IMG/VR virus record: IMGVR_UViG_3300017971_000275
Coordinates: 9,300 to 73,299 of that record
Source of the DNA: a virus
Length of the DNA: 64,000 nt
Reading direction: 5' to 3' (one strand)
Under the pieces are notes generated by a model that searched no databases, was not told where the DNA came from, and saw nothing but the letters and a program-made list of their open reading frames with translations. Both the position numbers and the translations under genes were made by a program. Positions 10,486 through 20,644 of the stretch are shown one piece after another (the stretch's first letter is position 1; the number at the start of each line of letters is the position of its first letter).

Positions 10486-11224
10486 CTTTACCTACCCGTT
10501 TCCGCACCTTGAGGTACGCTTTCACGTTTGATTTCTTAAGGTAATTCTTCGCCAACGCAGACCTATCAAAGTAAGCATGCAGGACTTTCTTAGCTACGAG
10601 CTCAAAGGCTTCTGGTTCCAGTCGGCCTTGAGAAAAAAGTAGTCGTATATAAATCGCCGCGATAATCATCACGTCGATTTCCAGGCGCTCCTTTATCAAC
10701 TTGATGTCGCCGGCCTCGAAAGCTTTGGGAACGTCAACCCATACACGCTTAGCGAAGCCTATGATACGGGCGTAGTCAGACAGCGTAGCATTCTGAGGAA
10801 CAGCACCGTACCCGGATAAGAAGTCTGCCAGGTCGATGTGATTGTGGGAGTAGCGGGCGGTGAACGCCCGCTCGTCTTTGAGATAATCAGACGCGTCTAC
10901 TCCATGCCGCAGGGCGGCGTAGACCATTACAGGAAGGGCAAAAGGACGCCCCATGTAGGAGACCACGAAGCCGGAACCACCAGGCATCTTCTGGAAGAAT
11001 TGTTCTACCAGCGTACCTTCATCTTTTTCGATATCGGTGATGCCCTTGGTCATCACTTGAACGATCGGGTCGAGAGAGTCTTTCTCGCGTGTGATACGCA
11101 GCAGACTAACCGCAACCGGACGGTGGTACAGTGGATGTGGAAACTCATCTTCATCGCGGTTGGGAGGATCAGGGACGTGGGTAGCGATGTGAAAAATGGT
11201 ATGGTTGAAAGGAACCAATGACAT
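10460..11224 (-). CDS. PolB-associated 3'-5' exonuclease family protein (DEDD), probably catalytically degenerate
   Basis: Family motifs VSY.GR.F.LP, RYS..HIDL.D.LS.YG, L...A...G; ExoI reads FHIAT and ExoII reads FAL. Confidence 0.75.
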   Translation of the reverse strand: MSLVPFNHTIFHIATHVPDPPNRDEDEFPHPLYHRPVAVSLLRITREKDSLDPIVQVMTKGITDIEKDEGTLVEQFFQKMPGGSGFVVSYMGRPFALPVMVYAALRHGVDASDYLKDERAFTARYSHNHIDLADFLSGYGAVPQNATLSDYARIIGFAKRVWVDVPKAFEAGDIKLIKERLEIDVMIIAAIYIRLLFSQGRLEPEAFELVAKKVLHAYFDRSALAKNYLKKSNVKAYLKVRKRVGKDADKKKSK

Positions 11225-11352
11225 GAGGGTATCCCCCTTATGTGCACCGAAAGGGACGAAGGTAAACTACACCTCCTCTCCCGCAGTCATGGCGCACACC
11301 TGCGTAATCTTGGTACTGCTCGTTGCAGAAGCTGCAATGGTGTGTGTAAATT

Positions 11353-12696
11353 CTATCGGTGGACACTGCTTATACCTCGCAAAATCCGCGCCCGCTGGCC
11401 AGCGTCCCACAGGGAAGCTGGGCTGCTTGCAAGGTCTACTTTAAGCTGTGCTTTAGAAATTTTCAAGTACTTGCAGGCCAAGCGACCAAGCTGGGCGTTG
11501 TTACACATGCCAGTATTATATCCGTGAGCCTCGCACCAGGCGTCAAACATCGTGTCTACTTCCGAGGAGAACACGAGCTCGGCGAACTCCCGGGACCTAC
11601 GCGGCAGGCCGTGTAGGATCTGCCGCATACGTTTGATGTCTTCGCCAATCTCCAGGCGATTCGCTGCCGGTAGATACTCGTGGAAGTTGGTCTCGCTGTC
11701 TCCGGAATCCATGGAGACAGCGCTGGGCTTGAAGTCTACCACTCCTTGTGGGGAGGGGTCGAGGTAGGAATCGCGCTTGCTGCGCTCCCCGCGTAAGCGT
11801 TTCTGGAGAGCTTCCTGAGCCTCCAGTTTAGTAGCGTACAGACGCTTATGGTGAACCGCGATCCATTCGTCATCCTCTACTTGCTGCACTATAATGCAAA
11901 CGTTTTTCCCGACCCTGCGGCGCAGGCTGGGCTCTGGGAAAGTGCGCATTCTACAAATTGTGTTGGATGAGATATCGAGGTACCACGCGAGGCGGTAGGG
12001 ATCGCGCTCCGTGACTTTCATCACAGGCTGGCGCTTGTCGCGGCCGTACATCTCCGCTAAATTTGTGGCTTTGTTCTGCACACCACGAATCACCCGGTTC
12101 AGCATGTGTTCGTAGGTAATGGGCTGGATCTCATACTCGCGTATGACCTTGACTGCGTTGATCCTCAACGGGCTGAGTAGATCTTCTGCGCTCTCCACCA
12201 TCGGATCATTAGCGAGTACAAACAACAAACGTCTATGCACCAAACTGCGCAGTAGGTACTCGATTTGTTTGAGGATCCGTAATACGTCGTCTTCCTCGTA
12301 CTCACGAGGAGATAGCGTATATTTGGCAATGCGGCGCAGGTCTGTAGCGGTTAATGCTTGGTACAAAAACGCGACGTCTTCATAATCAACACGAAACCCA
12401 CGGGCTGTTGAAATCACAAAGCTTCTTGTGATTCTGCGCTTCGTGATTAGCCTATGAATTGACCGAAGAAGTTTGTTTTTTACCGTCGAGTAATCGAGAT
12501 TATCTTTGAGACTGATAACCTCCGCGTAAGCTGTTGGGTAATTCTGCAGCTGGAGTTTCACACCCTTCCGAAACTCCCTAGACCCGATGAGGCGACAGAC
12601 ATATCTTGCGGTTAACTTGGCGATATTATTGAGTTTTGTGTCTGCCTCACCGCGCTCCAGTGCCGACGTCAAACGAACCTTCACGCTGTCCCGCAT
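11353..12696 (-). CDS. Possible divergent phage sigma factor / transcription factor
   Basis: Region-2-like (AEDLLSPLRINAVKVIREYE...VIRGVQNKATNL) and region-3/4-like (VSMDS...QILHGLPRRSREF) segments; GGAGG RBS before ATG 12696. Confidence 0.4.
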   Translation of the reverse strand: MRDSVKVRLTSALERGEADTKLNNIAKLTARYVCRLIGSREFRKGVKLQLQNYPTAYAEVISLKDNLDYSTVKNKLLRSIHRLITKRRITRSFVISTARGFRVDYEDVAFLYQALTATDLRRIAKYTLSPREYEEDDVLRILKQIEYLLRSLVHRRLLFVLANDPMVESAEDLLSPLRINAVKVIREYEIQPITYEHMLNRVIRGVQNKATNLAEMYGRDKRQPVMKVTERDPYRLAWYLDISSNTICRMRTFPEPSLRRRVGKNVCIIVQQVEDDEWIAVHHKRLYATKLEAQEALQKRLRGERSKRDSYLDPSPQGVVDFKPSAVSMDSGDSETNFHEYLPAANRLEIGEDIKRMRQILHGLPRRSREFAELVFSSEVDTMFDAWCEAHGYNTGMCNNAQLGRLACKYLKISKAQLKVDLASSPASLWDAGQRARILRGISSVHR

Positions 12697-12725
12697 GTAC
12701 TGAAAACCCTCCTGGATAAGAAGCC

Positions 12726-12753
12726 AGTATACCAGGCATCTAATGCGTGTCAA
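12726..12753 (-). promoter_or_regulatory. Sigma70-type promoter for the 11353..12696 gene
   Basis: TTGACA-16 nt-TATACT with extended -10 TG. Confidence 0.7.
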
Positions 12754-12891
12754 GAAAAATGCTGTCGGAAGGTTATGGGAGTATCACGAAGGATATCGAT
12801 GAGTTAGAAAACAGGTGAGATGGTAGGTAGGAAGAAAAATTTGTGGGGACGTAGTGAACGGATCTGCAGTGTCAAACTTGACGTTGTATTG

Positions 12892-14400
12892 CTACTTAGG
12901 AAAGACCTCTTCGTCTCCTACCGGCTTTTCCTTTGGAGGCTCTTCCGCACTTGGAGCTTCTTCCTGCTCCTTTTTTGCACGCTCCTTCTTTTGCTCCTTG
13001 AGAACTTTGCGAACAAGCGCCTGCTCTTCGCTTAGTTCTTCGCGTTCTTTACTAAGACCTTCATCAACACTATTTTGGGCTGCTTCGGTCAAATCAAGAA
13101 CAACAGTAAGAAGCTCCCGGACCTTGTCCACATCCTCACGCACAGTCCAGGTATAATTGCAGATCTGCGTAGAAGCTTCTTCGAATGTGGGCGTGCCGCC
13201 GGCTCTTTTGGAGAAAATATACACGATGGGATAGGGAGAGTCTATGCGAGCTATTATCTTACCAGTCTCGCTATCGGTACCAACATGCACCTTCCCTTTG
13301 TAACCCTCGTGTTTGGTGAACGTTAGCACCGCGTCCACGACGGCCTGCTTGTTGGCAGCTGGAGTATTTTTCTTTTCGGCGGAAGGATTAAAGGCTTCTT
13401 GTACGAGTTTTTGATAACCACTATCACCAAGCTTATCCACAAGGTCATGGATGGTATCCTGCTGCTGTTTGGTAAGCACGCGTTGGTTTGTCAGCGCATC
13501 TACCAGCTGCAGAAAGAGGGAGGAATCTTTCCACCCTTTCCACTCTCCTCCTTTTTCCTTGTGGACGCGCTCTTTAAGGAAGCGCATGTACTCGCCTTCG
13601 TTAAGACGATTAATAAATGCCTTCAGCCACTCTAGCTTGTCTTCTTCAGTAGCCTCTTCTTTCGGAACAGAGGCTAGCTCCCCAGGTCGAGCCTCAGTGT
13701 CGTTTTGAAGGAATGCTATCGATGCAAGGAGTTCTTCCGCATCGTCAGCGGGAGCCACAAACGGCCGGTTACAGAAGTAGAAAATAATTTCTTTGAGCTC
13801 TTGGGTTCCCTTGATTGCCTCGTTTATGTGGTATACCATTCTGCCGTACAGACGTTCAAAGAATCCACCCTCAAACTCCACCGTCTTTTCTACTTCTTCT
13901 CCTTCAGGTAACGGTAGGTTGATCTCGAAATCAAATTGAAGCTCTGTTCTAGGAAGCCCAGAGAAATTTCCGGTATCCAATGGAGCAAGCAGATCAAGTC
14001 CATCATACTCCATCGCAACCGGCCGTATCTCACCTGAGATTTGTATACCAACTGCCTGCAGGTAAGTCTGGATCTCCTTGGTTAAACTATCCATCAAGGG
14101 CTTCAAGTACTCTGCTATCTGCTCTTCACGAAGAGGTTCAATGGGGGCTTTTCTGCTTTCAAATCCTGCACCTGGATCTGCCTTCTCTTTTGTGGGCGCT
14201 TCTTCTCTTCCTAGTTCCTTAGCAATTTCTTCTGCAGCCTCCGGGTCTATCTCCACAGGAGGCAAGTCGAGCTTGGGTTCTTGGGGTTTGAGGGGATCCT
14301 GCGCAATCACGTAGGTAGTATCACCAACACGAATCCTAATAGGAACCGCATCATACACATCCCCCAGGTAGCGCAGGGTTTTGATTGTACGCGAGCTCAT
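12892..14400 (-). CDS. Probable virion head/internal protein
   Basis: Downstream of the capsid gene; carries the shared motif twice (LRYLGDVY, IRVGDTTYVIA). Confidence 0.6.
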   Translation of the reverse strand: MSSRTIKTLRYLGDVYDAVPIRIRVGDTTYVIAQDPLKPQEPKLDLPPVEIDPEAAEEIAKELGREEAPTKEKADPGAGFESRKAPIEPLREEQIAEYLKPLMDSLTKEIQTYLQAVGIQISGEIRPVAMEYDGLDLLAPLDTGNFSGLPRTELQFDFEINLPLPEGEEVEKTVEFEGGFFERLYGRMVYHINEAIKGTQELKEIIFYFCNRPFVAPADDAEELLASIAFLQNDTEARPGELASVPKEEATEEDKLEWLKAFINRLNEGEYMRFLKERVHKEKGGEWKGWKDSSLFLQLVDALTNQRVLTKQQQDTIHDLVDKLGDSGYQKLVQEAFNPSAEKKNTPAANKQAVVDAVLTFTKHEGYKGKVHVGTDSETGKIIARIDSPYPIVYIFSKRAGGTPTFEEASTQICNYTWTVREDVDKVRELLTVVLDLTEAAQNSVDEGLSKEREELSEEQALVRKVLKEQKKERAKKEQEEAPSAEEPPKEKPVGDEEVFPK

Positions 14401-14402
14401 GG

Positions 14403-15749
14403 CTAGTAATGCGTGCGGATGTTTTTCCAGGTATACTTGTCGTTCTGATGGTTGATGTAGATCTTCATCATCGACGGCTGGAACATGCCAATCTGCACCA
14501 TGTAATTGAACAGGTGTAGCATCTGCTCGTTGTCGAGCTCTTTGCGACCCTGGAAAATATCGGCGTAGTCTAGGATATCGAAGTCCAATGTAGATCCGTG
14601 ACCAGGCAGCTTCTGCTCACGCTGTTGTTGGTACCCAGTCCAGAATTCCATCGCGAGCGCTTCCATCTTTTCATCTTCCAGCGGGGGAACGTCTAGGGGC
14701 TGCTCAGCAGGATCGTACGCTTGCTGTCCACGTTTACGTGGTTTGGTCTCATCAGGTGGATTCACCGTGTCTGGCGTGGGATAGTTAACGTGGTTCACTG
14801 GCGGCCACGATCTATAATCTGGGCGCCGTTCGAAGCCACCGGCTTCCCGGGTCTTGTAGTAACGTATCGGCGTCTGCCGTACTGTCGGACGCCACACTGT
14901 ATCTGTGATCGAAGAGGGGTAGTTGGGATTCTTCGGCAAATACGAATCTGGGAGCACACGGATCGGATGGAGCTCGGGGCTGTCCAGTCTTACTGGATCG
15001 TAAACAGTTGGCGTAAAGCCTGTGGCTTCCCCACCATCGTGGCCCATGAATTTTGCGTCCTCGGGGATAGTGAGCCGGCGCATCAGATCCTTATCTGGAG
15101 AGTAAAGAACTAGGAACACTCGACCGTCCGCATCTTCTTGCCCCTCCAACTGAAGCGATTGCAGAACTACAGCGGCGCCATCGTTTAGGTCCGATCCCTC
15201 AAGCCCAGTTACCACAGTACCGGGGGATAGGTTGGAAGCTTCATCGATGACTGGTTCCGCTAAATGCAGCGCCAGGTCGACGTAGTCGGAGTATAGACGC
15301 CGCTGGCGTCGGTAACGAAGAGCAACAGAGGCTACGCGGTGTGCATTGCTGCTCAGCTTCTCGAAGCGAGACCGAACTTCCTCGGTTTCCTTCTTGTTCA
15401 GATCGACCAGCATATGCGTGTCCTCCGGAATTTCATCAGTGATAGGGGGCCACAGTCGGCCAAACTCCTTACGGAGAATGGCCTCATGCTTCGAGTCTTC
15501 CAGGCCCAGCTTGCACATACAGACAACCACTTCGTCTGGCTCGCCGGGATCAGGATCGTCAAGTTTGACGGTGATTGCTGGTGGCTCAAGTTCTATCTTG
15601 TCACCATACCGACTAGCTTGGACAGCGATGTCCGCAATAATGCCAGGACCCAGGGGGGTTTCCACCCTCTGGCCAATGCGCAGTACATCAAACGTTTCCT
15701 CTCCGGAGACGTCTACTGCGTGGTCCGCCTGTTTCTGATCGGTAGGCAT
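14403..15749 (-). CDS. Hypothetical protein (head module)
   Basis: 448-aa ORF tiling the operon. Confidence 0.65.
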   Translation of the reverse strand: MPTDQKQADHAVDVSGEETFDVLRIGQRVETPLGPGIIADIAVQASRYGDKIELEPPAITVKLDDPDPGEPDEVVVCMCKLGLEDSKHEAILRKEFGRLWPPITDEIPEDTHMLVDLNKKETEEVRSRFEKLSSNAHRVASVALRYRRQRRLYSDYVDLALHLAEPVIDEASNLSPGTVVTGLEGSDLNDGAAVVLQSLQLEGQEDADGRVFLVLYSPDKDLMRRLTIPEDAKFMGHDGGEATGFTPTVYDPVRLDSPELHPIRVLPDSYLPKNPNYPSSITDTVWRPTVRQTPIRYYKTREAGGFERRPDYRSWPPVNHVNYPTPDTVNPPDETKPRKRGQQAYDPAEQPLDVPPLEDEKMEALAMEFWTGYQQQREQKLPGHGSTLDFDILDYADIFQGRKELDNEQMLHLFNYMVQIGMFQPSMMKIYINHQNDKYTWKNIRTHY

Positions 15750-15760
15750 GGCAGAATGCT

Positions 15761-16093
15761 CTACTTGCGCTTTTTCTTCTGATGCTTCTTGGTGTACCGA
15801 GTGTACGTCGGTTGGACCTGTTCCATGAACTTCTGCATCACCTGGCAGTGGTTCTTCAAACGGCTTATCACTTTCTGTGTGCCGTTTTTGTTGTCCAGGT
15901 CGGTAAGCATTTGCTCGGCGATCTCCTGCACGTGCCCAGCATGTGCCTTGAGATTATCGGCGATGTTTACCAATGCAGCACGATCTGCTGCTCGGGCGAT
16001 GTTCTCTTTGACATCGTCCACAGAAATCTCTTTGGATGCCAATCGGTATACACGGCCCTTAACTTTGATAACTTTAGGAGGCTGCTTCGACAT
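15761..16093 (-). CDS. Small probable head protein
   Basis: Motif PKVIKVKGRVYRLA. Confidence 0.65.
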   Translation of the reverse strand: MSKQPPKVIKVKGRVYRLASKEISVDDVKENIARAADRAALVNIADNLKAHAGHVQEIAEQMLTDLDNKNGTQKVISRLKNHCQVMQKFMEQVQPTYTRYTKKHQKKKRK

Positions 16094-16102
16094 CGGTCAC
16101 TC

Positions 16103-16339
16103 CTATACCTTTTCCAGGTACCCTTTCGCAGCGTCGAGCATTTTCAATAGCTCTTCCTTCTTGGCTTCAGCGTCTTCATCGCGTTTCTTTTTCCGAAGCG
16201 CACGTAGCACAGGTACACCTTGAGCTAGCTCTTTGAGCATTGCTGCGGCCATGCCGCTGGCATCTGTCATTAGGAGCTTGCCTGGAGAATACGCGACGAC
16301 GTAGATTCTCCCTTTATATCGGATGCGTTTTGGTACCAT
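16103..16339 (-). CDS. Small probable head protein
   Basis: Motif PKRIRYKGRIYVVA. Confidence 0.65.
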   Translation of the reverse strand: MVPKRIRYKGRIYVVAYSPGKLLMTDASGMAAAMLKELAQGVPVLRALRKKKRDEDAEAKKEELLKMLDAAKGYLEKV

Positions 16340-16343
16340 CTAT

Positions 16344-16682
16344 CTACTCCTGCAAGAGAAGAGCGCTGATCTCAGTCGCCGCAGCGCCCAAGTATTTATC
16401 TGGGCCTACCCGAAGAAGGTGTCTACCTTCCTCAGAAATAGCTCTGTAGGCTTTGCGCGAAGCGGCCAATACTTGAGGAACGATGGCGCGCAGCAACCTG
16501 GAGTACGTAAGTTGCACGCCAGAGAGCGCCTGGAATTCCTCTTTGCGCAACTGCAAAGCTATAGCGCTCATGATAGCTTTACTCATGAGCACAGGAACAT
16601 CAGGATCTGATGCTACCCGCTTCTTCGCATCCTGCAAAAGAACGGTGAGTGGGGTAGCCGCTATCCTAGCGCGCAGCGGCAT
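16344..16682 (-). CDS. Hypothetical protein
   Basis: Tiles the operon. Confidence 0.55.
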   Translation of the reverse strand: MPLRARIAATPLTVLLQDAKKRVASDPDVPVLMSKAIMSAIALQLRKEEFQALSGVQLTYSRLLRAIVPQVLAASRKAYRAISEEGRHLLRVGPDKYLGAAATEISALLLQE

Positions 16683-16686
16683 ACGG

Positions 16687-17220
16687 TCACTCTGCCTCGT
16701 CTTCGGGAAGCTCCTCTTCGAGCGGCGCCTCGTCCTCGTTGGGCATGTCTTCGAGGATCTTGATCACGTCCTCGATGCCGTTGAGAGCCGCCTCGAAGTC
16801 CTCGTCCACTTCGAGATCTTCAGGAAGTTTGTCGAGGATGGTCTGCCAGTATTCCTTGAGAGCGTCGACGAGCTCGACTTCGTCTTGCTCTTCTTCGAGA
16901 TGCTCCTCATCCTCCATCTCGGGCTCGTCCGGAAGCTCGTCTTCATCAGCACGGATGTATAAATGTCCGGCGTAGCGGACCATCTCTGGAGTAGTTTCTT
17001 GGGAGCTCATTGATGTTGCCTTCTTGTTTTGTTTATCTAGAGCGCCGTGTTTGCGCCATTGTATTGCGCGTTCCTGCTTCTCAGCAGATTCCTTATTGGG
17101 ATGCCTACCGAGGAGCTCTTTGCCATCGTGTGTATATAAACACACTTCCTGCTCGGACTTTGGCCGCTTAGGATCGTAATCCTCTTTGCGACAATCTTTT
17201 ATGACCGCAGTGCGCCGCAT
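16687..17220 (-). CDS. Probable head protein (basic N-terminal domain, acidic C-terminus)
   Basis: Motif PEMVRYAGHLYIRA; N-terminal domain similar to the C-terminus of 22950..23999. Confidence 0.65.
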   Translation of the reverse strand: MRRTAVIKDCRKEDYDPKRPKSEQEVCLYTHDGKELLGRHPNKESAEKQERAIQWRKHGALDKQNKKATSMSSQETTPEMVRYAGHLYIRADEDELPDEPEMEDEEHLEEEQDEVELVDALKEYWQTILDKLPEDLEVDEDFEAALNGIEDVIKILEDMPNEDEAPLEEELPEDEAE

Positions 17221-17223
17221 GTG

Positions 17224-18270
17224 TTAGCCATCCCACTCCGTCTCGCGACCGCCTAGATGACGCTGCAGAAAAGATCGTAGGTCTTCTGCAGCTGTACGTT
17301 CTGCGTCTGAAGCAGAGCTTTCATCGATGAACCACGTAAGCACATCTACAGCAGCTTCCAGCTCTTCCCAAGAGGCCATCGTCTGCTGACCGCGTACCGT
17401 GCGACTCACCAGCGCGTAGAGTGGATCTCCCTGCCCACGATGCAAATCTGCTAGAAGCTGGTGGTCCGACCTTCCAAACTTAACCGGAATGTCATACACA
17501 GGCTTCTCTTCGTACGGATCTGGTTGGCGCTCTTCCGGCCATGGGTAATCGATGGCTGCCTTTTTCTTCTTGCCTTTGGACTTCTTTTTCTTCTTGCGTG
17601 GAGCTTTGCGCCAGTCTGGGCCCTCGATGCGATCGGCTAGTGAAGCGCAGAATGCACCAGGATCGTCGATCTCCTTGGCGCTCTTAAGCTCCTTGACGCA
17701 CTTGGTGACTTTATGTTTGGGCATAGATTCCTTACCATCATCGGTAAGGAGGGTTTTCCAAAACGCCTCTGCGGATTTTTTCGTCCAGCCCTTAGGTAGT
17801 TTTCCCCAGGGCTTGTCTTTCTTACCCTTCTTCTTGGCCGCGTGGACAACAACACCTTGATCCTCTTCAACCAAGCGGTACACGACACCCGCCACCCTGA
17901 TGGCTTTCGGTGGTTTGCGGTCGATGTGCTTATACACATGACCTCTTACACGGATGAATTCAGGTGCATCGGACATTGGATCCATCTCCCGCATTGGTTC
18001 CTCACGAGCATCCCCATGCTCCACGAGCTCCAACCTCTCGTAGTAGTCTGGGCGCTCCATGAGATGAGCCCACGCGATCTTTCCGGTTAACTGAGGATCA
18101 TCGTTGGTAACGTTCGCTTCCGGAAAACGCTTACCGTGCTCCAGCTCGACGTCCATTCCTTTACGCAGCTGCTCCACGGTAAACAGAACATCGTTCCAAT
18201 CGATACCAATATCGGTGGCGGTTCTAGCAGCTTCCTCTAGAGTGAAGCCTTTTTTAGCTGCGGTGCGCAT
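17224..18270 (-). CDS. DUF5661-like domain protein, probable head protein
   Basis: LRKGMDVELEHG...TNDD...TGKIAWAHLME.PDYY.RL; two copies of the shared motif. Confidence 0.7.
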   Translation of the reverse strand: MRTAAKKGFTLEEAARTATDIGIDWNDVLFTVEQLRKGMDVELEHGKRFPEANVTNDDPQLTGKIAWAHLMERPDYYERLELVEHGDAREEPMREMDPMSDAPEFIRVRGHVYKHIDRKPPKAIRVAGVVYRLVEEDQGVVVHAAKKKGKKDKPWGKLPKGWTKKSAEAFWKTLLTDDGKESMPKHKVTKCVKELKSAKEIDDPGAFCASLADRIEGPDWRKAPRKKKKKSKGKKKKAAIDYPWPEERQPDPYEEKPVYDIPVKFGRSDHQLLADLHRGQGDPLYALVSRTVRGQQTMASWEELEAAVDVLTWFIDESSASDAERTAAEDLRSFLQRHLGGRETEWDG

Positions 18271-18279
18271 AGGTGGTTC

Positions 18280-18696
18280 CTACACAGCGTCGGTAGAGTC
18301 TTCGAGGACAACAGTTTTGCCGTCCAGCACGTCTTGGAGAATTGCCCCAGCATCGTTGAAATTCTCGTGAAGATACTTCCGCGCTTCCTCTAGGGGAAGA
18401 CGGTCCAGCCTTTTATCGATGTTCACGTTCCATTGATACCTGAAGGTACCACGCATACGTGAAGTGATTTCGCCTGCAACCGCCTCGCGGTTCAGCCCCA
18501 TAACTTCAAGCAGAAGCGCTTCAGGTCCCTCTTCTTCCACCACATCACCGTAATCAGGGCTATGGTGAGAATGGGTTTCGCTCACGTACACACGACCGGC
18601 CCACACATCCTGTGGAGCTCCTTCAGCGGTTACAGGCTCGCGGCGTTCGTAGCGTTGCCCGTTGACACGAATATATCTGGGAGGAATACTGGACAT
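18280..18696 (-). CDS. Probable head protein
   Basis: Start MSSIPP (track ORF to 18786); motif PRYIRVNGQRYERR. Confidence 0.6.
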   Translation of the reverse strand: MSSIPPRYIRVNGQRYERREPVTAEGAPQDVWAGRVYVSETHSHHSPDYGDVVEEEGPEALLLEVMGLNREAVAGEITSRMRGTFRYQWNVNIDKRLDRLPLEEARKYLHENFNDAGAILQDVLDGKTVVLEDSTDAV

Positions 18697-18706
18697 CGTT
18701 GATTCC

Positions 18707-20245
18707 TTACGCGCGCTTTTGTACTTTGCCAAGAGCTGGCCTGCGGCTTCTTTTCTTGGGACGCTTACCGCGAGCTGGGGTACCACTTGGTGGCTTTGCT
18801 GAGGGCTTGTCGATCTTTGGACGCTGCTTGGGATCGTACTGAGCGATCTCGTTCTTGACTTTTTTCAGCATCCCCTTGAACTCTTTGAATTGACGTTCAG
18901 TAAGGATCCCACGCCCTGTAACCTGGTTGGTTAAAGATCTACCAACCTCCAACGCGTTTTCTAACGCCCCTACCAATTCCGGTGTTCCGACGATCAGCGT
19001 GGCCAACGCTCGGTATACCTTGGCCGCTGTTTGTGGATCTTGAAGGTTAGCGTACACCTCTTCCATGGAAGGATTGAGGTATTGATCTTTTAGTTTTATG
19101 GTGAGATCTCGCGAAATGTTATTGATGTACCCCACCATATTATTGAGTGTATCGAGGGTAGCAGATAGTGTTGGAGCGTTGTGGTACGCGTCGTGGAGCG
19201 CGTTTACTGTTACGGCACCGTCCGGAATATCGTTGATGAGCTTTTCATAAGCTTCTGGATCGCTATCACGCAGCCCCTCAAACCACTTTCCGAGCTCCCT
19301 GGTAACTTTTTTCTGCTCTGGTACGTCTTCGGTACGCGGGAGATCATGGCTCGGTCCTGGACGAGAAAGCGGGCCCATCTCTGATTCTTGGTGAATGTCC
19401 TTGCGTGGCATTCTGAGCTCACGCGGGAGATCGTCTGCCACGATCTCGTACGTTGCCCCCTTGTAATTGAACGTGAGCATCTTTGGGCGCGGCGGCGCTT
19501 CGTACGAAGGCATTTCGCGTTTCGGTCGACGCCTGGATTTTGCTGGGTAGTCGCGCTCGTACCTCGAAAGTAGATCAGAGGCATGCGCAGCATCAGCATC
19601 AGAAGGATCGCTGTAGTCCAGGTAATTGCTCAACGCTTCCTTAAGCGCGGCTATCTCCTCATCCGACACCCAAATCTCGCTGCGGCTCTCCAGCTTCTTA
19701 CCGCGGGCTTGATTCAGCATTTCACGGAGGAGGCCGTACTTTGCATCAGGTAGCTTAGAGAGGAGGGAGTAGTCCTCCTTGGACAACCGAAAAGCAATGT
19801 CCTGCTCGTCGGAAAATCCCATCTCACGTTCTTGCTGCGAAAGCGGAACTTCTTCCTCGCCGAAATTGATTTCTTCGATGTCTTCTTGCCGCACTTCTTT
19901 GACAAGCTGCTCTTGGGTTTTACGGGGCTTCTTTGCTTCAAGCTCCGTCATACGACGCTGTACTTCCTCGTAGGCTTGCTGCTCTTCGTCGGAACGCATG
20001 CGCTGTTTGGTGGGATCATAACGTTTGCTGCGATGAGGAGTAACGTGCTCGATATCTCCGAGCATTTCTTCCAAAGCTTTTTCACGCAACAGTTTTACAA
20101 GATGGCTTGGGTCACGCTCAGCCACGATCTCGTAGACAGCTCCCTTAAAGGAAATGCGTTTGGGGGCAGCAGGAGCAGCCACAAGCTGATACAAAACTCC
20201 CTTGTGCCGCACAAAGGTTGCTTTCTTTTTAGAAGCCATGATCAA
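18707..20245 (-). CDS. Probable head/internal protein
   Basis: Three copies of the shared motif (VRHKGVLY, SFKGAVYEIVA, NYKGATYEIVA). Confidence 0.65.
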   Translation of the reverse strand: MIMASKKKATFVRHKGVLYQLVAAPAAPKRISFKGAVYEIVAERDPSHLVKLLREKALEEMLGDIEHVTPHRSKRYDPTKQRMRSDEEQQAYEEVQRRMTELEAKKPRKTQEQLVKEVRQEDIEEINFGEEEVPLSQQEREMGFSDEQDIAFRLSKEDYSLLSKLPDAKYGLLREMLNQARGKKLESRSEIWVSDEEIAALKEALSNYLDYSDPSDADAAHASDLLSRYERDYPAKSRRRPKREMPSYEAPPRPKMLTFNYKGATYEIVADDLPRELRMPRKDIHQESEMGPLSRPGPSHDLPRTEDVPEQKKVTRELGKWFEGLRDSDPEAYEKLINDIPDGAVTVNALHDAYHNAPTLSATLDTLNNMVGYINNISRDLTIKLKDQYLNPSMEEVYANLQDPQTAAKVYRALATLIVGTPELVGALENALEVGRSLTNQVTGRGILTERQFKEFKGMLKKVKNEIAQYDPKQRPKIDKPSAKPPSGTPARGKRPKKRSRRPALGKVQKRA

Positions 20246-20276
20246 TCCACCACTTGTAGCAAAGAAAGAGAATTAT

Positions 20277-20531
20277 CTAGGAAACAGCGTCAAGCAGATT
20301 TTTTGCGGCTTCCGCGAGCTCTGCCTTAGCTTGCGCCACCTCTTCTGCTTCGCTGGCACTGTCGAATTTGTTTTTCGCTGCGGACAGTAGAGAAAGCGCG
20401 CTAGACACACCTGGGTCCTTCATGGCCGTTTTGGTATCGGCTGCGTTATCTTTCCGTCTGTACAGGACTCCGCCGACGCGGATAAAGGGAGGATGCTTTA
20501 CAGTTTTCTTAGCCATTTTCCTGAGCTCCAC
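20277..20531 (-). CDS. Small probable head protein
   Basis: Motif PPFIRVGGVLYRRK. Confidence 0.55.
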   Translation of the reverse strand: MELRKMAKKTVKHPPFIRVGGVLYRRKDNAADTKTAMKDPGVSSALSLLSAAKNKFDSASEAEEVAQAKAELAEAAKNLLDAVS

Positions 20532-20595
20532 GTTTTGGATGGTCGGATCAACTACCTATTAGAACAACAGGTAGTTGGTCGAACAACCCAAAGGC

Positions 20596-20627
20596 AAGAA
20601 AAACCCGGGGGGCCGAAACCCCCCGGG
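20596..20627 (-). terminator. Rho-independent terminator after the major capsid gene
   Basis: CCCGGGGGG-TTTCGG-CCCCCCGGG followed by TTTTTCTT on the - strand. Confidence 0.9.
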
Positions 20628-20644
20628 AGGTGTCTCATGCTACA

